Below are positions 1 through 8,619 of a stretch of DNA of 64,000 bases, in pieces. The DNA is from Myxococcales bacterium (GTDB lineage Bacteria > Myxococcota_A > Polyangia > Polyangiales > Polyangiaceae): the NCBI GenBank assembly GCA_043747615.1, contig JAYTOU010000005.1, positions 24,911-88,910 on the forward strand, written 5' to 3'. Below the pieces are notes generated by a model. The model was not told the DNA's origin. It worked only from the letters and a program-made list of their open reading frames with translations, and ran no database searches. Every line of letters begins with the position of its first letter. The first letter of the stretch is position 1. A program made the translations under genes and the position numbers.

Positions 1-1
1 A

Positions 2-1330
2 CCGACCCTGAGTACCGCGCACGCAAAGGCTGTGCTGCCGGACGCGACCTACTTGCCGCCGGTGTCAGTGGGGGATCTCTACGCGCTCGTGGCGCGGCAC
101 AAGCCCACGGTGATCGGGATCGTCGACGGCCTCTTCGAAGGGGTGCCGGCCGTCTGGCACAAGGAGATCCTCTTCGCGCTCTCGAAAGGCGTGCGCGTGC
201 TCGGCAGCTCCAGCATGGGCGCGCTTCGCGCCGCGGAGCTCGAGAGCTTCGGGATGATCGGGGTCGGCACGATTTTCAAGAATTTTCTCGCGGGAACTTG
301 GGAAGACGACGACGAGGTCACGGTCGTTCACGGCGATGGTGCGGTCGGCTACCGACTCGCCTCGGAAGCGATGGCGAACATCCGGCAGGGGCTCGATCTC
401 GCCGCGGCCGACGGGGCAATCACCGCAGCGAGCCGCGACGCTCTGACGCGCGCTACCAAGGCTCTCTTCTACCCCGACCGCTCATGGGGGCGCGTGAGAG
501 AGCTTGGAAAAGAGCTCGGGATCCCGCAGGCAGAGATCGACGGGCTCGCTGAATTCGTGCGACGGGTGCGCCCTAACCTAAAGCGTGACGACGCCCTCGA
601 GATGCTGCGAGTCATCGCGTCAGAGGAGCTCCCCGCTCGTCCGCCCACGTTTCATTTCGAGGTGACGGAGTACTTCACGCGGCTCGCGCAGACGAACGTT
701 CACGATCCGGTCGATCCGCGCGACACGGCGGTCGAACGCGCCGTGACGGCTCACGCGGTTCGGGATCACTTCCGCGTTCATCGCGGGAGGGAAGACATTT
801 TCGGAGCCGCGCTCCTTCACGCTCTCGTGGTCGCGGAAGCCACACGCCTGGGACTCTCGGCGACCCCGGAGCAGATGTCAGCCGCGGCCGACCGGTTTCG
901 TCGATCGCGCCGCTTGCTTTCGCCGAACGCCACCGAGGAGTGGCTACGCGACAACGGCGTCAGCAAAGAGTCGTTCGTTGAGATCGTACGCTTCGAAGTG
1001 CTCAGCGAGGCTCTCATCGCCTATCACGAGGTGCCGGTGCGTGAGTCGCTCGCGCTCGCGTTAAAGCGCCGCGGGGAGTGGGCATCGACCCTCGAGGCGC
1101 TCAGACGCCAGAAGAGATACCTGAGCGTGCAGGGGGCGCCGATCCCGACATTCGACAGCTTGGGCATCTCCCTGGAGAAATTGATTGGGTGGTACAAGGC
1201 AAACTCTCGTGCCGTCGGCGAGCGGGACCTCGAAGCGCACGCCACCGCGCTTGGATTTTCCAGCCCCCGAGCGTTCCTCAACGAGCTTCTGGAGCAGTAC
1301 GCCGCGGCGCAGAGCGGAGAAGATGCGTAG
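2..1330 (+). CDS. tfuA: TfuA-like protein (YcaO thioamidation partner) with about 200-aa C-terminal helical extension; 5'-truncated by window edge
   Basis: Frame is open from nt 2 (PTLSTAHAKAVLPDATYLPP). TfuA motifs: GDL, IGIVDG.F...PAVWHKEIL, GSSSMGALRAAEL, GMIGVG.IF, DDDEV.V.HG, SEAMANIR, FYPDRSW, LKR.DA. Confidence 0.92.
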   Translation, partial: PTLSTAHAKAVLPDATYLPPVSVGDLYALVARHKPTVIGIVDGLFEGVPAVWHKEILFALSKGVRVLGSSSMGALRAAELESFGMIGVGTIFKNFLAGTWEDDDEVTVVHGDGAVGYRLASEAMANIRQGLDLAAADGAITAASRDALTRATKALFYPDRSWGRVRELGKELGIPQAEIDGLAEFVRRVRPNLKRDDALEMLRVIASEELPARPPTFHFEVTEYFTRLAQTNVHDPVDPRDTAVERAVTAHAVRDHFRVHRGREDIFGAALLHALVVAEATRLGLSATPEQMSAAADRFRRSRRLLSPNATEEWLRDNGVSKESFVEIVRFEVLSEALIAYHEVPVRESLALALKRRGEWASTLEALRRQKRYLSVQGAPIPTFDSLGISLEKLIGWYKANSRAVGERDLEAHATALGFSSPRAFLNELLEQYAAAQSGEDA

Positions 1331-1332
1331 CA

Positions 1333-2055
1333 ATGGCGTCGGGCTCGCTCACGATTGTAGGTCTAGGCATCCAGGCGGCCGAACACGTCAGCGTTGGCGC
1401 GCTCACGGTGATCCGAGAGTGCGACAAGCTCTTTCACTGGGTGGCCGATCCGATCGCCACCGCATGGCTCGAGGATCTGCATCCCTCGGCGGAATCGCTC
1501 AACCGCTTCGTGGTCGAGGGGAAGTCGCGCACCGAGGCCTACGATGCCATCGTCGAGCGCGTCCTCGCCGAGGTGCACCGGACCGCGCGCGTCTGCGTCG
1601 CGGTCTACGGGAATCCGTCGTTCGGCGTCGACGTGACGGCTTCGTTTCGCGCGCGAGGCGTCGCCGAGGGCTTCCCGGTCGTCGTACTCCCCGCCGTGTC
1701 GTCGCTCGACTGCTTGTTCGTCGATCTCGGGGTGGACCCGTTCAAGCGCGGCATTCAGCTCTTCGAGGCGAACGAGTTTTTGGCCAACCCGCGCGGCGAC
1801 GTGGGGACAGACTTGGTCCTCCTTCAGGTAGGCATGCTTGGCACACGTGAGTTCGGTTACAGCGGCACGTCCTTGGCGTCGCTCGCTACCTGGCTCACCC
1901 GCGCGTATGGCGGTGAACACGAGGTCGTGCTCTACGAGGCGTCGTGCTTCCCGGAGCGTGCGCCACGCGTGGAACGCCTTCGAGTCGATGCGCTCGCGGA
2001 AGCAAAGACGTTAAGCGTGACGACGCTCCTCGTCCCTGCAAAGCGCGTGCGGTAG
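1333..2055 (+). CDS. Borosin-type SAM-dependent peptide backbone methyltransferase (split-borosin, OphMA/SonM-like; tetrapyrrole methylase superfamily)
   Basis: ATG lies 2 nt after the tfuA stop. GSLTIVGLGIQ, VADP, GKSR...Y, YGNP, LPAVSSLDCLFVDLGVDP, FEA..FL, LVLLQVG and YG.EH.VVLYEA are colinear with the OphMA methyltransferase domain as I recall it. No appended core peptide. Confidence 0.85.
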   Translation: MASGSLTIVGLGIQAAEHVSVGALTVIRECDKLFHWVADPIATAWLEDLHPSAESLNRFVVEGKSRTEAYDAIVERVLAEVHRTARVCVAVYGNPSFGVDVTASFRARGVAEGFPVVVLPAVSSLDCLFVDLGVDPFKRGIQLFEANEFLANPRGDVGTDLVLLQVGMLGTREFGYSGTSLASLATWLTRAYGGEHEVVLYEASCFPERAPRVERLRVDALAEAKTLSVTTLLVPAKRVR

Positions 2056-2092
2056 CAGCACCGGTCGGCCGTGCGCCCGTCCCGCACGGCAG

Positions 2093-4849
2093 TTAAAGCG
2101 CCACGCAGCCGAGCTTCGACGCCGCGGCGCGCGCGTCCTCGGCCGAGACCGATCGCGGCTTCGCCGCACCCCAGCGCTTGAGCACCGTCTGGTACGCCGC
2201 GCACGCGCGCGCCTTGTCTCCCTTCACTTCGAGCGCGTGTCCGAGCATCAGGCTCGCGCGCGTCGTGTCCACGGGGCGCTCGAGCCCGATGCACGAAGCG
2301 GCTGCGCGCTCGAGGTACGGGATCGCTTCGTCTGGTCGCGCCGCGAGGAAGTATGCTTTTCCGAGGATGAAGTCGCCCGAGGCGGCCCACTCTACGGTGA
2401 GCGGCAGGAGTCCCGGGAGGCGATCAACGGCGTCCTGCGCCGCCTCACGTGTCTCGGCAGGCCGAACGTACGCCGCGATCTTCACCATGCGCTCGGCTCC
2501 CTGGGTGTGAAGTGCGGCGGTCCATCGCGCGACCCACGCTTCCCGCGCGGCAGCCCACTCCGCATCCGTGAGCCGCCCGGCGCGATGCGCGACGTCGAGC
2601 AAGCGCGGCGTTTCGTCGCTGGCCGCCGGCGTGTTCTGCGTGCTCGCCACCCAGAGATCACGCTGAGCCAGAAAATCAGCGGCCACCGCCCCCGCGTCGC
2701 GCAAACGCCCCTGCTCGAGGAGCGCCTGGGTGAGCATCCAAGCCGCGCGGGAGTGCTCCTCGAGCGGCGCATCGCGCCGGATCGAGCTCGCTTGCGAGCG
2801 TGCCTCCGCCTCGGCGCCCTTGAAGTCGCCGGTCCACGCAGAGAGCTGTCCGATGTATCGATGCTGGCGCTCCTCACGCATTTCGGTGCGGGCGTGGCGC
2901 CACGTCTGCTCGATTGCGGCCGCAAGTGTCGCGGGCGGGGCGCCCCGCCACGCGAGCGTGTCCGCGCGAAAGCGATAGCCAAACTCATACATCGGGGACG
3001 AGGTGACAACCCTCTCCGCGTCCTCGGCGACCTTCTCGCAGGCGCCGCGCTGCGCCTCGAGCGTGATGCGCTGGGCCATGCAGTTGGCGGCCAAGGGCGC
3101 CTGGCGGAGGCATTTCTCGAAAGCCTCGAGCGCTTCGTCGTACTTGCCCTCGTACTGGTAGCTCTGCCCGAGAGTGTCGGAAATGACGGCGCTCGTGGGA
3201 TCGAGCTCGGCGGCGCGGCGGATGTCGACGCGCGCCTCGGGGTCTCCCAGATCGCTGCGGAGCTTCCCGCGCTCCAACGCGAGCATCGCGTCGAGCGGCC
3301 ATCGGGCGATGGCGTCGGTCGCGTGGCGGTCTGCTTCGCGCAGGTCGGGTGGCGTCCGCAGGACGAGCGCATCCATTATCGCGGCGTAGGCGGTGTCCTT
3401 TTCGGTGAGCGATCCGCGAAGCGCGAGCGTCGCCTGCATCGCGGATCGCGCGGCAGGCACATCGCCTATGGCATAGGCAAGCGTGGCGCTGCGCAGGTGC
3501 GCGGCTGCCATGGCAGGGTCGAGGTCCGCGGCGCGCTGGAAGCTGTCCAACGAGGAGCGGGGGTTGTCGTCGCAATATGCCTGAAGCCCGGAACGGTAGG
3601 CCGTGGCGGCGTTGGCGATGTTCGATTCGGGGACCGGCTGCTGGGTGCACGTCGTTGCCTTCGGCGCAATTGCCGCGTCAGCGTCGATCGCGCGCGTCAC
3701 GGTAACGGACTCCCGAGCCATGAGGGTCGCGATCGTCACGGCGCCGGCCGCAGCGAGGGCGACGAAGGCCACCACGCCGGCCCGCGGCGAGCGAACGCCG
3801 GCCGTTCGCAGGAGAACAGCTTCCGTGCGGGCCAACGCGGGTTCGGCTCGAGGGGCGTCGGGCGTGGGCGGGGCCGTCACCGCGTCGCCTCTAGACGGCT
3901 GCAGCGCGATCGGGCCCGCGGGGATAGGCATGTGCGGTCTCGTCGGCTCGAAGGCGTCGGGAATCTCGCCGAGCGACGTGATGACGTCGTCCATCGTCGG
4001 GAAGCGCGCTGCGCGTGACTTGGACAGCGCCCGCATGATCACGGAGGCCGCTTCCGACGGAACGAGCGGGTTGCGTGATTCCAGCGGGTCGGCGTCCCGC
4101 GACAGCACCTGCGCCACTATCTTGAGCGAGTCGCTGCCGACGGTCCATGGTGTCTCGCCGGACAGAAGCTCGTAGGCCATGACCGCCCAGGAGAATTGAT
4201 CCGCGCCCCCGTCGAGCGGGTCCCCGCGCATCTGCTCGGGGGCCATGTAATACGGCGTGCCGATGATGAGCCCTTCGGTGGTGTTCGTCGGGACCACGAG
4301 CCCCTCGGTAGACGACGTCGGGTCGACCGGCGGCCGCGATCGTTGCGCAATCCCGAAGTCGAGGACCTTGACCACCCCGTCTTCGCGAATCATGACGTTC
4401 TCGGGCTTGATGTCGCGGTGCACGAGCCCGCATTTGTGCGCGGCGGCGAGAGCGCGCGCGACGTCGATCAGCCACGACATCCGCTTGCTCAACGGGATCG
4501 AGACGTCACCCACGAACTCCCGCAGCGTTCTTCCCCGGATAAGCTCCATCGCCAGATACGTCGTCCCGCTCAACACCGCGGGCTCATGCAACTCGCCGAC
4601 GTCGTAGATGTTGACGACATTGGGGTGCTCGAGCGCGGCGGCGGCCCGCGCCTCCCTCAGAAGTCGGGCCGAACCGCCGGTCTTCCGCGCCATGCTCTGT
4701 TCGTCGTCGGCCTGAGGCCGGAGAATCTTGAGCGCTACGTTCCGCTGCAGTCGATCGTCGTGGGCGCAATAGACTTCGCCCATTCCCCCTTCACCCAGCG
4801 GGGAAAGGATGGTGTACCGATCGACCTTATCCCCCTTGGTTAGATGCAT
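2093..4849 (-). CDS. Hanks-type Ser/Thr protein kinase with transmembrane helix and C-terminal TPR region
   Basis: LGEGGMGEVY, VALK, HRDIKPEN, DFG, GTPYYMAPEQ; hydrophobic AGVVAFVALAAAGAVTIATL; TPR-like LGQSYQYEGKYDEALEAFEKCL. Confidence 0.93.
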   Translation of the reverse strand: MHLTKGDKVDRYTILSPLGEGGMGEVYCAHDDRLQRNVALKILRPQADDEQSMARKTGGSARLLREARAAAALEHPNVVNIYDVGELHEPAVLSGTTYLAMELIRGRTLREFVGDVSIPLSKRMSWLIDVARALAAAHKCGLVHRDIKPENVMIREDGVVKVLDFGIAQRSRPPVDPTSSTEGLVVPTNTTEGLIIGTPYYMAPEQMRGDPLDGGADQFSWAVMAYELLSGETPWTVGSDSLKIVAQVLSRDADPLESRNPLVPSEAASVIMRALSKSRAARFPTMDDVITSLGEIPDAFEPTRPHMPIPAGPIALQPSRGDAVTAPPTPDAPRAEPALARTEAVLLRTAGVRSPRAGVVAFVALAAAGAVTIATLMARESVTVTRAIDADAAIAPKATTCTQQPVPESNIANAATAYRSGLQAYCDDNPRSSLDSFQRAADLDPAMAAAHLRSATLAYAIGDVPAARSAMQATLALRGSLTEKDTAYAAIMDALVLRTPPDLREADRHATDAIARWPLDAMLALERGKLRSDLGDPEARVDIRRAAELDPTSAVISDTLGQSYQYEGKYDEALEAFEKCLRQAPLAANCMAQRITLEAQRGACEKVAEDAERVVTSSPMYEFGYRFRADTLAWRGAPPATLAAAIEQTWRHARTEMREERQHRYIGQLSAWTGDFKGAEAEARSQASSIRRDAPLEEHSRAAWMLTQALLEQGRLRDAGAVAADFLAQRDLWVASTQNTPAASDETPRLLDVAHRAGRLTDAEWAAAREAWVARWTAALHTQGAERMVKIAAYVRPAETREAAQDAVDRLPGLLPLTVEWAASGDFILGKAYFLAARPDEAIPYLERAAASCIGLERPVDTTRASLMLGHALEVKGDKARACAAYQTVLKRWGAAKPRSVSAEDARAAASKLGCVAL

Positions 4850-4984
4850 CTACGAACCCTCGATTCTACACGCAGGTTCGGGACGTGAGTAAAGCAAGGC
4901 GTCTGGCCGCGCCAAAGGTGCGGGAAAGAGGAGCATCTGACGATCGCTCCGGATTTTCCGGATCAAAAGCCCTCCGCGGAATCA

Positions 4985-6154
4985 TCATCGGGATCCAACG
5001 ACGCGGAGCACGGCCTCGCCGGAGCGCGACGCGTTGATCGCATCTCCGACGAGAAGCGTGGCCCGCGTCACCAAGCTCACCCCCTTGATGAACGCGCTTC
5101 CGTCGGTCGACGAAAGCTCTACCCAGCCGTCGCTCGCCTGATCGATCACCCAGCCGGCGACGCTGAGCCGCGCGGGACCAAGGGGCGCGAGGTAACGATC
5201 GCCCGCGACGTCGATCGCCAGCGCACCCGGCATGTCCGGGGCGGGCGCGAGGCGGATCGGCACTTCCTTTCCGAGCTGGAGAGCGAGCTCGTCTCCCACG
5301 TCGAGGGCGCCCTTCACGTTCATGCCGCGGAGCTGCGTGCCGTTGCGGCTCCCGAGGTCGCTCACCACGACCCGGCCATCAACGCGCGCGATCCGCAGAT
5401 GAACACGGCTCACGGCATGCGACGGGATGCGCAGCGAACCTTCCGTTCGCCCGATCACCACCTCGTTCCCGAGGATCAGGGTGACGGCTTTCCCTTCGAT
5501 GAGCAGCCGAACGACGGGACCCTTGAGTGCCCGCGTACGAAGTCCGTGCGCACGGTCGTCGGCGGCTCCGGGCTGCATCTGCGCGAGCGCCACGGCGGCC
5601 TCCAAGGCTTCGCGCCTCCGTCCACTCGCGGCGAGAAGCTCGATCTCGGCGTGCCCCTGGTGCCGCGTGCGGGTCGCGCGCTCTTTGTCACCTTCGGAGA
5701 CCAGCAGATCTTCGAGCTTCTCGATGTCGCCTGCCTGGGCGAACGCGCGCGCTTCACCCTCCCGATCGCCCGCGAGACGGTACGCCTCCGCCGCGCGCTC
5801 GGGCTCGTGCAACGCTTCGAGATCGGCGGCAGCGGCGAGTACGTCGTGGCGCGCGGCGTGCGAGAGCGCGTGCCCGCCGGCGAGAGCGATCGTCAAGAGG
5901 GCCCGTTTGAGCCGCGCCTCGCGCTGCACGGCGTGGGTTGGGGGGGCGATGGTCGACGCCTGGAGGTAGTACTGCATTCGTCGTGCAGGCTCGACCTCGG
6001 CGTCTCCGCGCAGGACCATCACCCGAGCGGCCTCCGACGGGCGGCCGGCCTCGACCCAGAGCTCGATGGCGCGCCCGAGATCTCCGCGAACTTCGGCCGT
6101 CTCGGCGGCATTCGCCGTTCGTCCCTTGCCGAACAGTCGATCGAGCACGCTCAT
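4985..6154 (-). CDS. FHA-domain protein with N-terminal helical/TPR-like repeats
   Basis: FHA signature VVIGR...VSRVH...DLGSRNGT. Confidence 0.8.
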   Translation of the reverse strand: MSVLDRLFGKGRTANAAETAEVRGDLGRAIELWVEAGRPSEAARVMVLRGDAEVEPARRMQYYLQASTIAPPTHAVQREARLKRALLTIALAGGHALSHAARHDVLAAAADLEALHEPERAAEAYRLAGDREGEARAFAQAGDIEKLEDLLVSEGDKERATRTRHQGHAEIELLAASGRRREALEAAVALAQMQPGAADDRAHGLRTRALKGPVVRLLIEGKAVTLILGNEVVIGRTEGSLRIPSHAVSRVHLRIARVDGRVVVSDLGSRNGTQLRGMNVKGALDVGDELALQLGKEVPIRLAPAPDMPGALAIDVAGDRYLAPLGPARLSVAGWVIDQASDGWVELSSTDGSAFIKGVSLVTRATLLVGDAINASRSGEAVLRVVGSR

Positions 6155-6239
6155 CTAGACCTTCATCATAGCCGGATATTATCGCGGTCTCATCACCATC
6201 CCTTGACGTGGCCGTTGTCATAACCGACGATTTTCGGCG

Positions 6240-7940
6240 ATGGCGAATACGAATCGGCTTGGTGAGCTTCTCGTTCGGGAAAAACTGATCAGCCTTGCCC
6301 AGCTCAGGCAGGCTCAGGAAGAGCAGCAGAAGTCCGGGAAGAACCTCGGCTACACGCTCGCGCGGCTCGGATACATCTCCGACACCGAGATCACGAGCTT
6401 CCTTTCGCAGCAGTACCGCGTGCCCACGGTCAATCTCGAGGAGTACGAGATCGAGGCCGAGATCCTCAAGCTCGTGAACCGCGAGCAGTGCGAGAAGCAC
6501 CGGGTCATTCCCATCTCGCGCGCGGGAAGCTCGCTCGTCGTGGCCATGGCCGATCCGACGAACCTGAACGCCATCGACGATCTCAAATTTTTGACTGGCT
6601 ACAACATCGAGCCGGTCATCGCGAGCGAGACGGCGATCGTCGCTGCGGTCGAAAAATATTACAACGCGGGCCCTTCGTACGACGAGGTGATGTCCGGATT
6701 CGACGAGAGCGAGATCGATTTCAGCGGCGACGAAGAAGACATCAACCTGATGGAGCTCGAGAAGGCGAGCGAGGATGCCCCCGTCGTCCGCCTCGTCAAC
6801 ATGATCCTCCTCAGCGCGATCAAGAAGGGCGCGAGCGACATTCACATCGAGCCCTACGAGAAAAAGCTCCGCGTGCGCTACCGCGTCGACGGCGTGCTCA
6901 TCGAGGAGATGACGCCGCCACTGAAGCTGAAAAACGCCATCGTCAGCCGCCTCAAGATCATGGCCTCCCTCGACATCGCCGAGCGTCGGCTCCCCCAAGA
7001 CGGGCGAATCAAGCTGAAGCTCGGCAAGGGCAAGGAGATGGACTTTCGCGTGAGCGTGCTGCCCACGTTGTGGGGCGAGAAGATCGTCATGCGTCTCCTC
7101 GACAAGGGGAACTTGCAACCCGACATGACGAAGCTCGGCTTCGACCAAGGGCCGCTCGACGACTTCCTGTGGGCCATTCACCAGCCGTGGGGAATGGTGC
7201 TCGTCACGGGGCCCACCGGCTCGGGCAAGACGACGACGCTCTACTCCGCGCTCTCCGATCTCAACAAGATCATGCACAACATCAGCACCGCGGAAGATCC
7301 CGTCGAGTACAACTTGCACGGCATCAACCAGGTGCAGATGCACGACGAGATCGGGCTCAACTTCGCGATGAGCCTCCGCGCGTTTCTCCGGCAAGACCCG
7401 GACATCATCATGGTCGGAGAGATCCGAGACTTCGAAACCGCAGAAATCGCGGTCAAAGCCGCGCTCACCGGGCACATGGTGCTCTCCACGCTCCACACCA
7501 ACGACGCTCCGTCGACGATCTTTCGTCTCCTCAACATGGGGGTCGAGCCGTTCCTCATCACGGCCAGCGTCAACCTCGTCCTCGCTCAGCGTCTCGCGCG
7601 GAAGATCTGCGTCGACTGCAAGCAACCGCTCATCCTCGACAAGGCCGTCCTCGAGGACATCGGCTTCACGCCCGAGCAGATCGCCAACGGCAAGCTCTTC
7701 AAGGGCGCCGGCTGCCGAACGTGCAACGACACCGGCTACAAGGGCCGCGTCGCTCTCTACGAGGTCATGCGCTTCAGCGACAACTTGAAGGAGATGGTCC
7801 TCCAGGGCTCGCCGACGCAGGAGCTCAAGAACGCGGCGATCAAGAACGGAATGACCAGCCTCCGCATGAGCGGCATCAGCAAGGTGCTCGACGGCCTCAC
7901 CACGACGGAAGAAGTGTTGCGCGTCACGATGGCGGATTGA
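6240..7940 (+). CDS. pilB: Type IV-A pilus assembly ATPase PilB
   Basis: N-terminal MshEN-like RLGELLVREKLI, ASDIHIEP, ERRLPQDGR, Walker A GPTGSGKTT, EDPVEY, LRQDPDIIMVGEIRD, TLHTN, CxxC...CxxC Zn site. Confidence 0.96.
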   Translation: MANTNRLGELLVREKLISLAQLRQAQEEQQKSGKNLGYTLARLGYISDTEITSFLSQQYRVPTVNLEEYEIEAEILKLVNREQCEKHRVIPISRAGSSLVVAMADPTNLNAIDDLKFLTGYNIEPVIASETAIVAAVEKYYNAGPSYDEVMSGFDESEIDFSGDEEDINLMELEKASEDAPVVRLVNMILLSAIKKGASDIHIEPYEKKLRVRYRVDGVLIEEMTPPLKLKNAIVSRLKIMASLDIAERRLPQDGRIKLKLGKGKEMDFRVSVLPTLWGEKIVMRLLDKGNLQPDMTKLGFDQGPLDDFLWAIHQPWGMVLVTGPTGSGKTTTLYSALSDLNKIMHNISTAEDPVEYNLHGINQVQMHDEIGLNFAMSLRAFLRQDPDIIMVGEIRDFETAEIAVKAALTGHMVLSTLHTNDAPSTIFRLLNMGVEPFLITASVNLVLAQRLARKICVDCKQPLILDKAVLEDIGFTPEQIANGKLFKGAGCRTCNDTGYKGRVALYEVMRFSDNLKEMVLQGSPTQELKNAAIKNGMTSLRMSGISKVLDGLTTTEEVLRVTMAD

Positions 7941-7944
7941 GGCT

Positions 7945-8115
7945 CCATCGCCGTGGCGGCCCTCTCGGAGTCCACGCGAAAGGTGGATCGGACGCGCAAG
8001 GTGCCCACGTACGCGAAGGCCGGCGTGCGGCACGTTTGGCTCGTGGAAGCGGGGGGAACCCTTCGATGCGATCGAGCTCGAGCTCGGCGTGCTCTGGACC
8101 GACGTGCAGCTGTAG
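7945..8115 (+). pseudogene. Remnant of a Uma2/DUF820 family endonuclease (3' portion, internally deleted)
   Basis: One frame gives LSESTRKVDRTRKVPTYAKAGVRHVWLVE. After a G-run a second frame gives EPFDAIELELGVLWTDVQL* (stop 8113-8115). Both are typical Uma2 C-terminal motifs; the intervening segment and the N-terminus are missing. Confidence 0.7.
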
Positions 8116-8619
8116 GAGCGCGTTGTTTTGCGCCGATACCGGCGCGATCCTGTCGTTGGGAGTCGTCACCGCACAGGGAGTGCGGCTCCTCGTCCGCTCC
8201 AAAGTCTCGCTTGGTCGCGACGAAAACCACCACACTCCTGTTGGGATGACGGGAAGGGCGATGAAGGATTGAGCGGTGAAGGAGCGCATGGATCCGCTTT
8301 CGCGCGACCTCGCGCTAAATCACCGAGTTACTTGCATGAGCGGAGCGTGAGGCCGGACTTTCGGTTGCCGCTCTCCGCAAGTGACGGTCAAGGGATCCTC
8401 GTTTGGCGTCGCCCTCACCGACCCGGAGCGCCGCGCGTTGATCACGGCGCCCATCGTCGATTTGCACGGCTATCGATTTCTCTTCGTCCCGCACCGCGAC
8501 CAAGAAGACGAGGTTGACGACGATCGCAAGCGACATCACCAAACTCCGTCCGATGGGGTACGGCTGAAGTCGCTGCCGTTGCATTCTGCTAAAGTGACGG
8601 ACCTTGAGGAACTTCTGAG

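Noticed and set aside
1078..1332. Longer 325-aa version of the methyltransferase ORF
   Set aside because: The extension overlaps tfuA; family similarity starts at the ATG at 1333.
1333..2055. Reading the methyltransferase as a cobalamin/siroheme tetrapyrrole methylase
   Set aside because: It lacks the GxGPG and GDP motifs, shows the borosin-type GxGI, GKSR, DCLFxDLGxDP and QVG pattern, and no cob genes are nearby.
6203..6231. TTGACG-N17-GACGAT promoter candidate before pilB
   Set aside because: The -10 match is poor; not supportable without TSS data.
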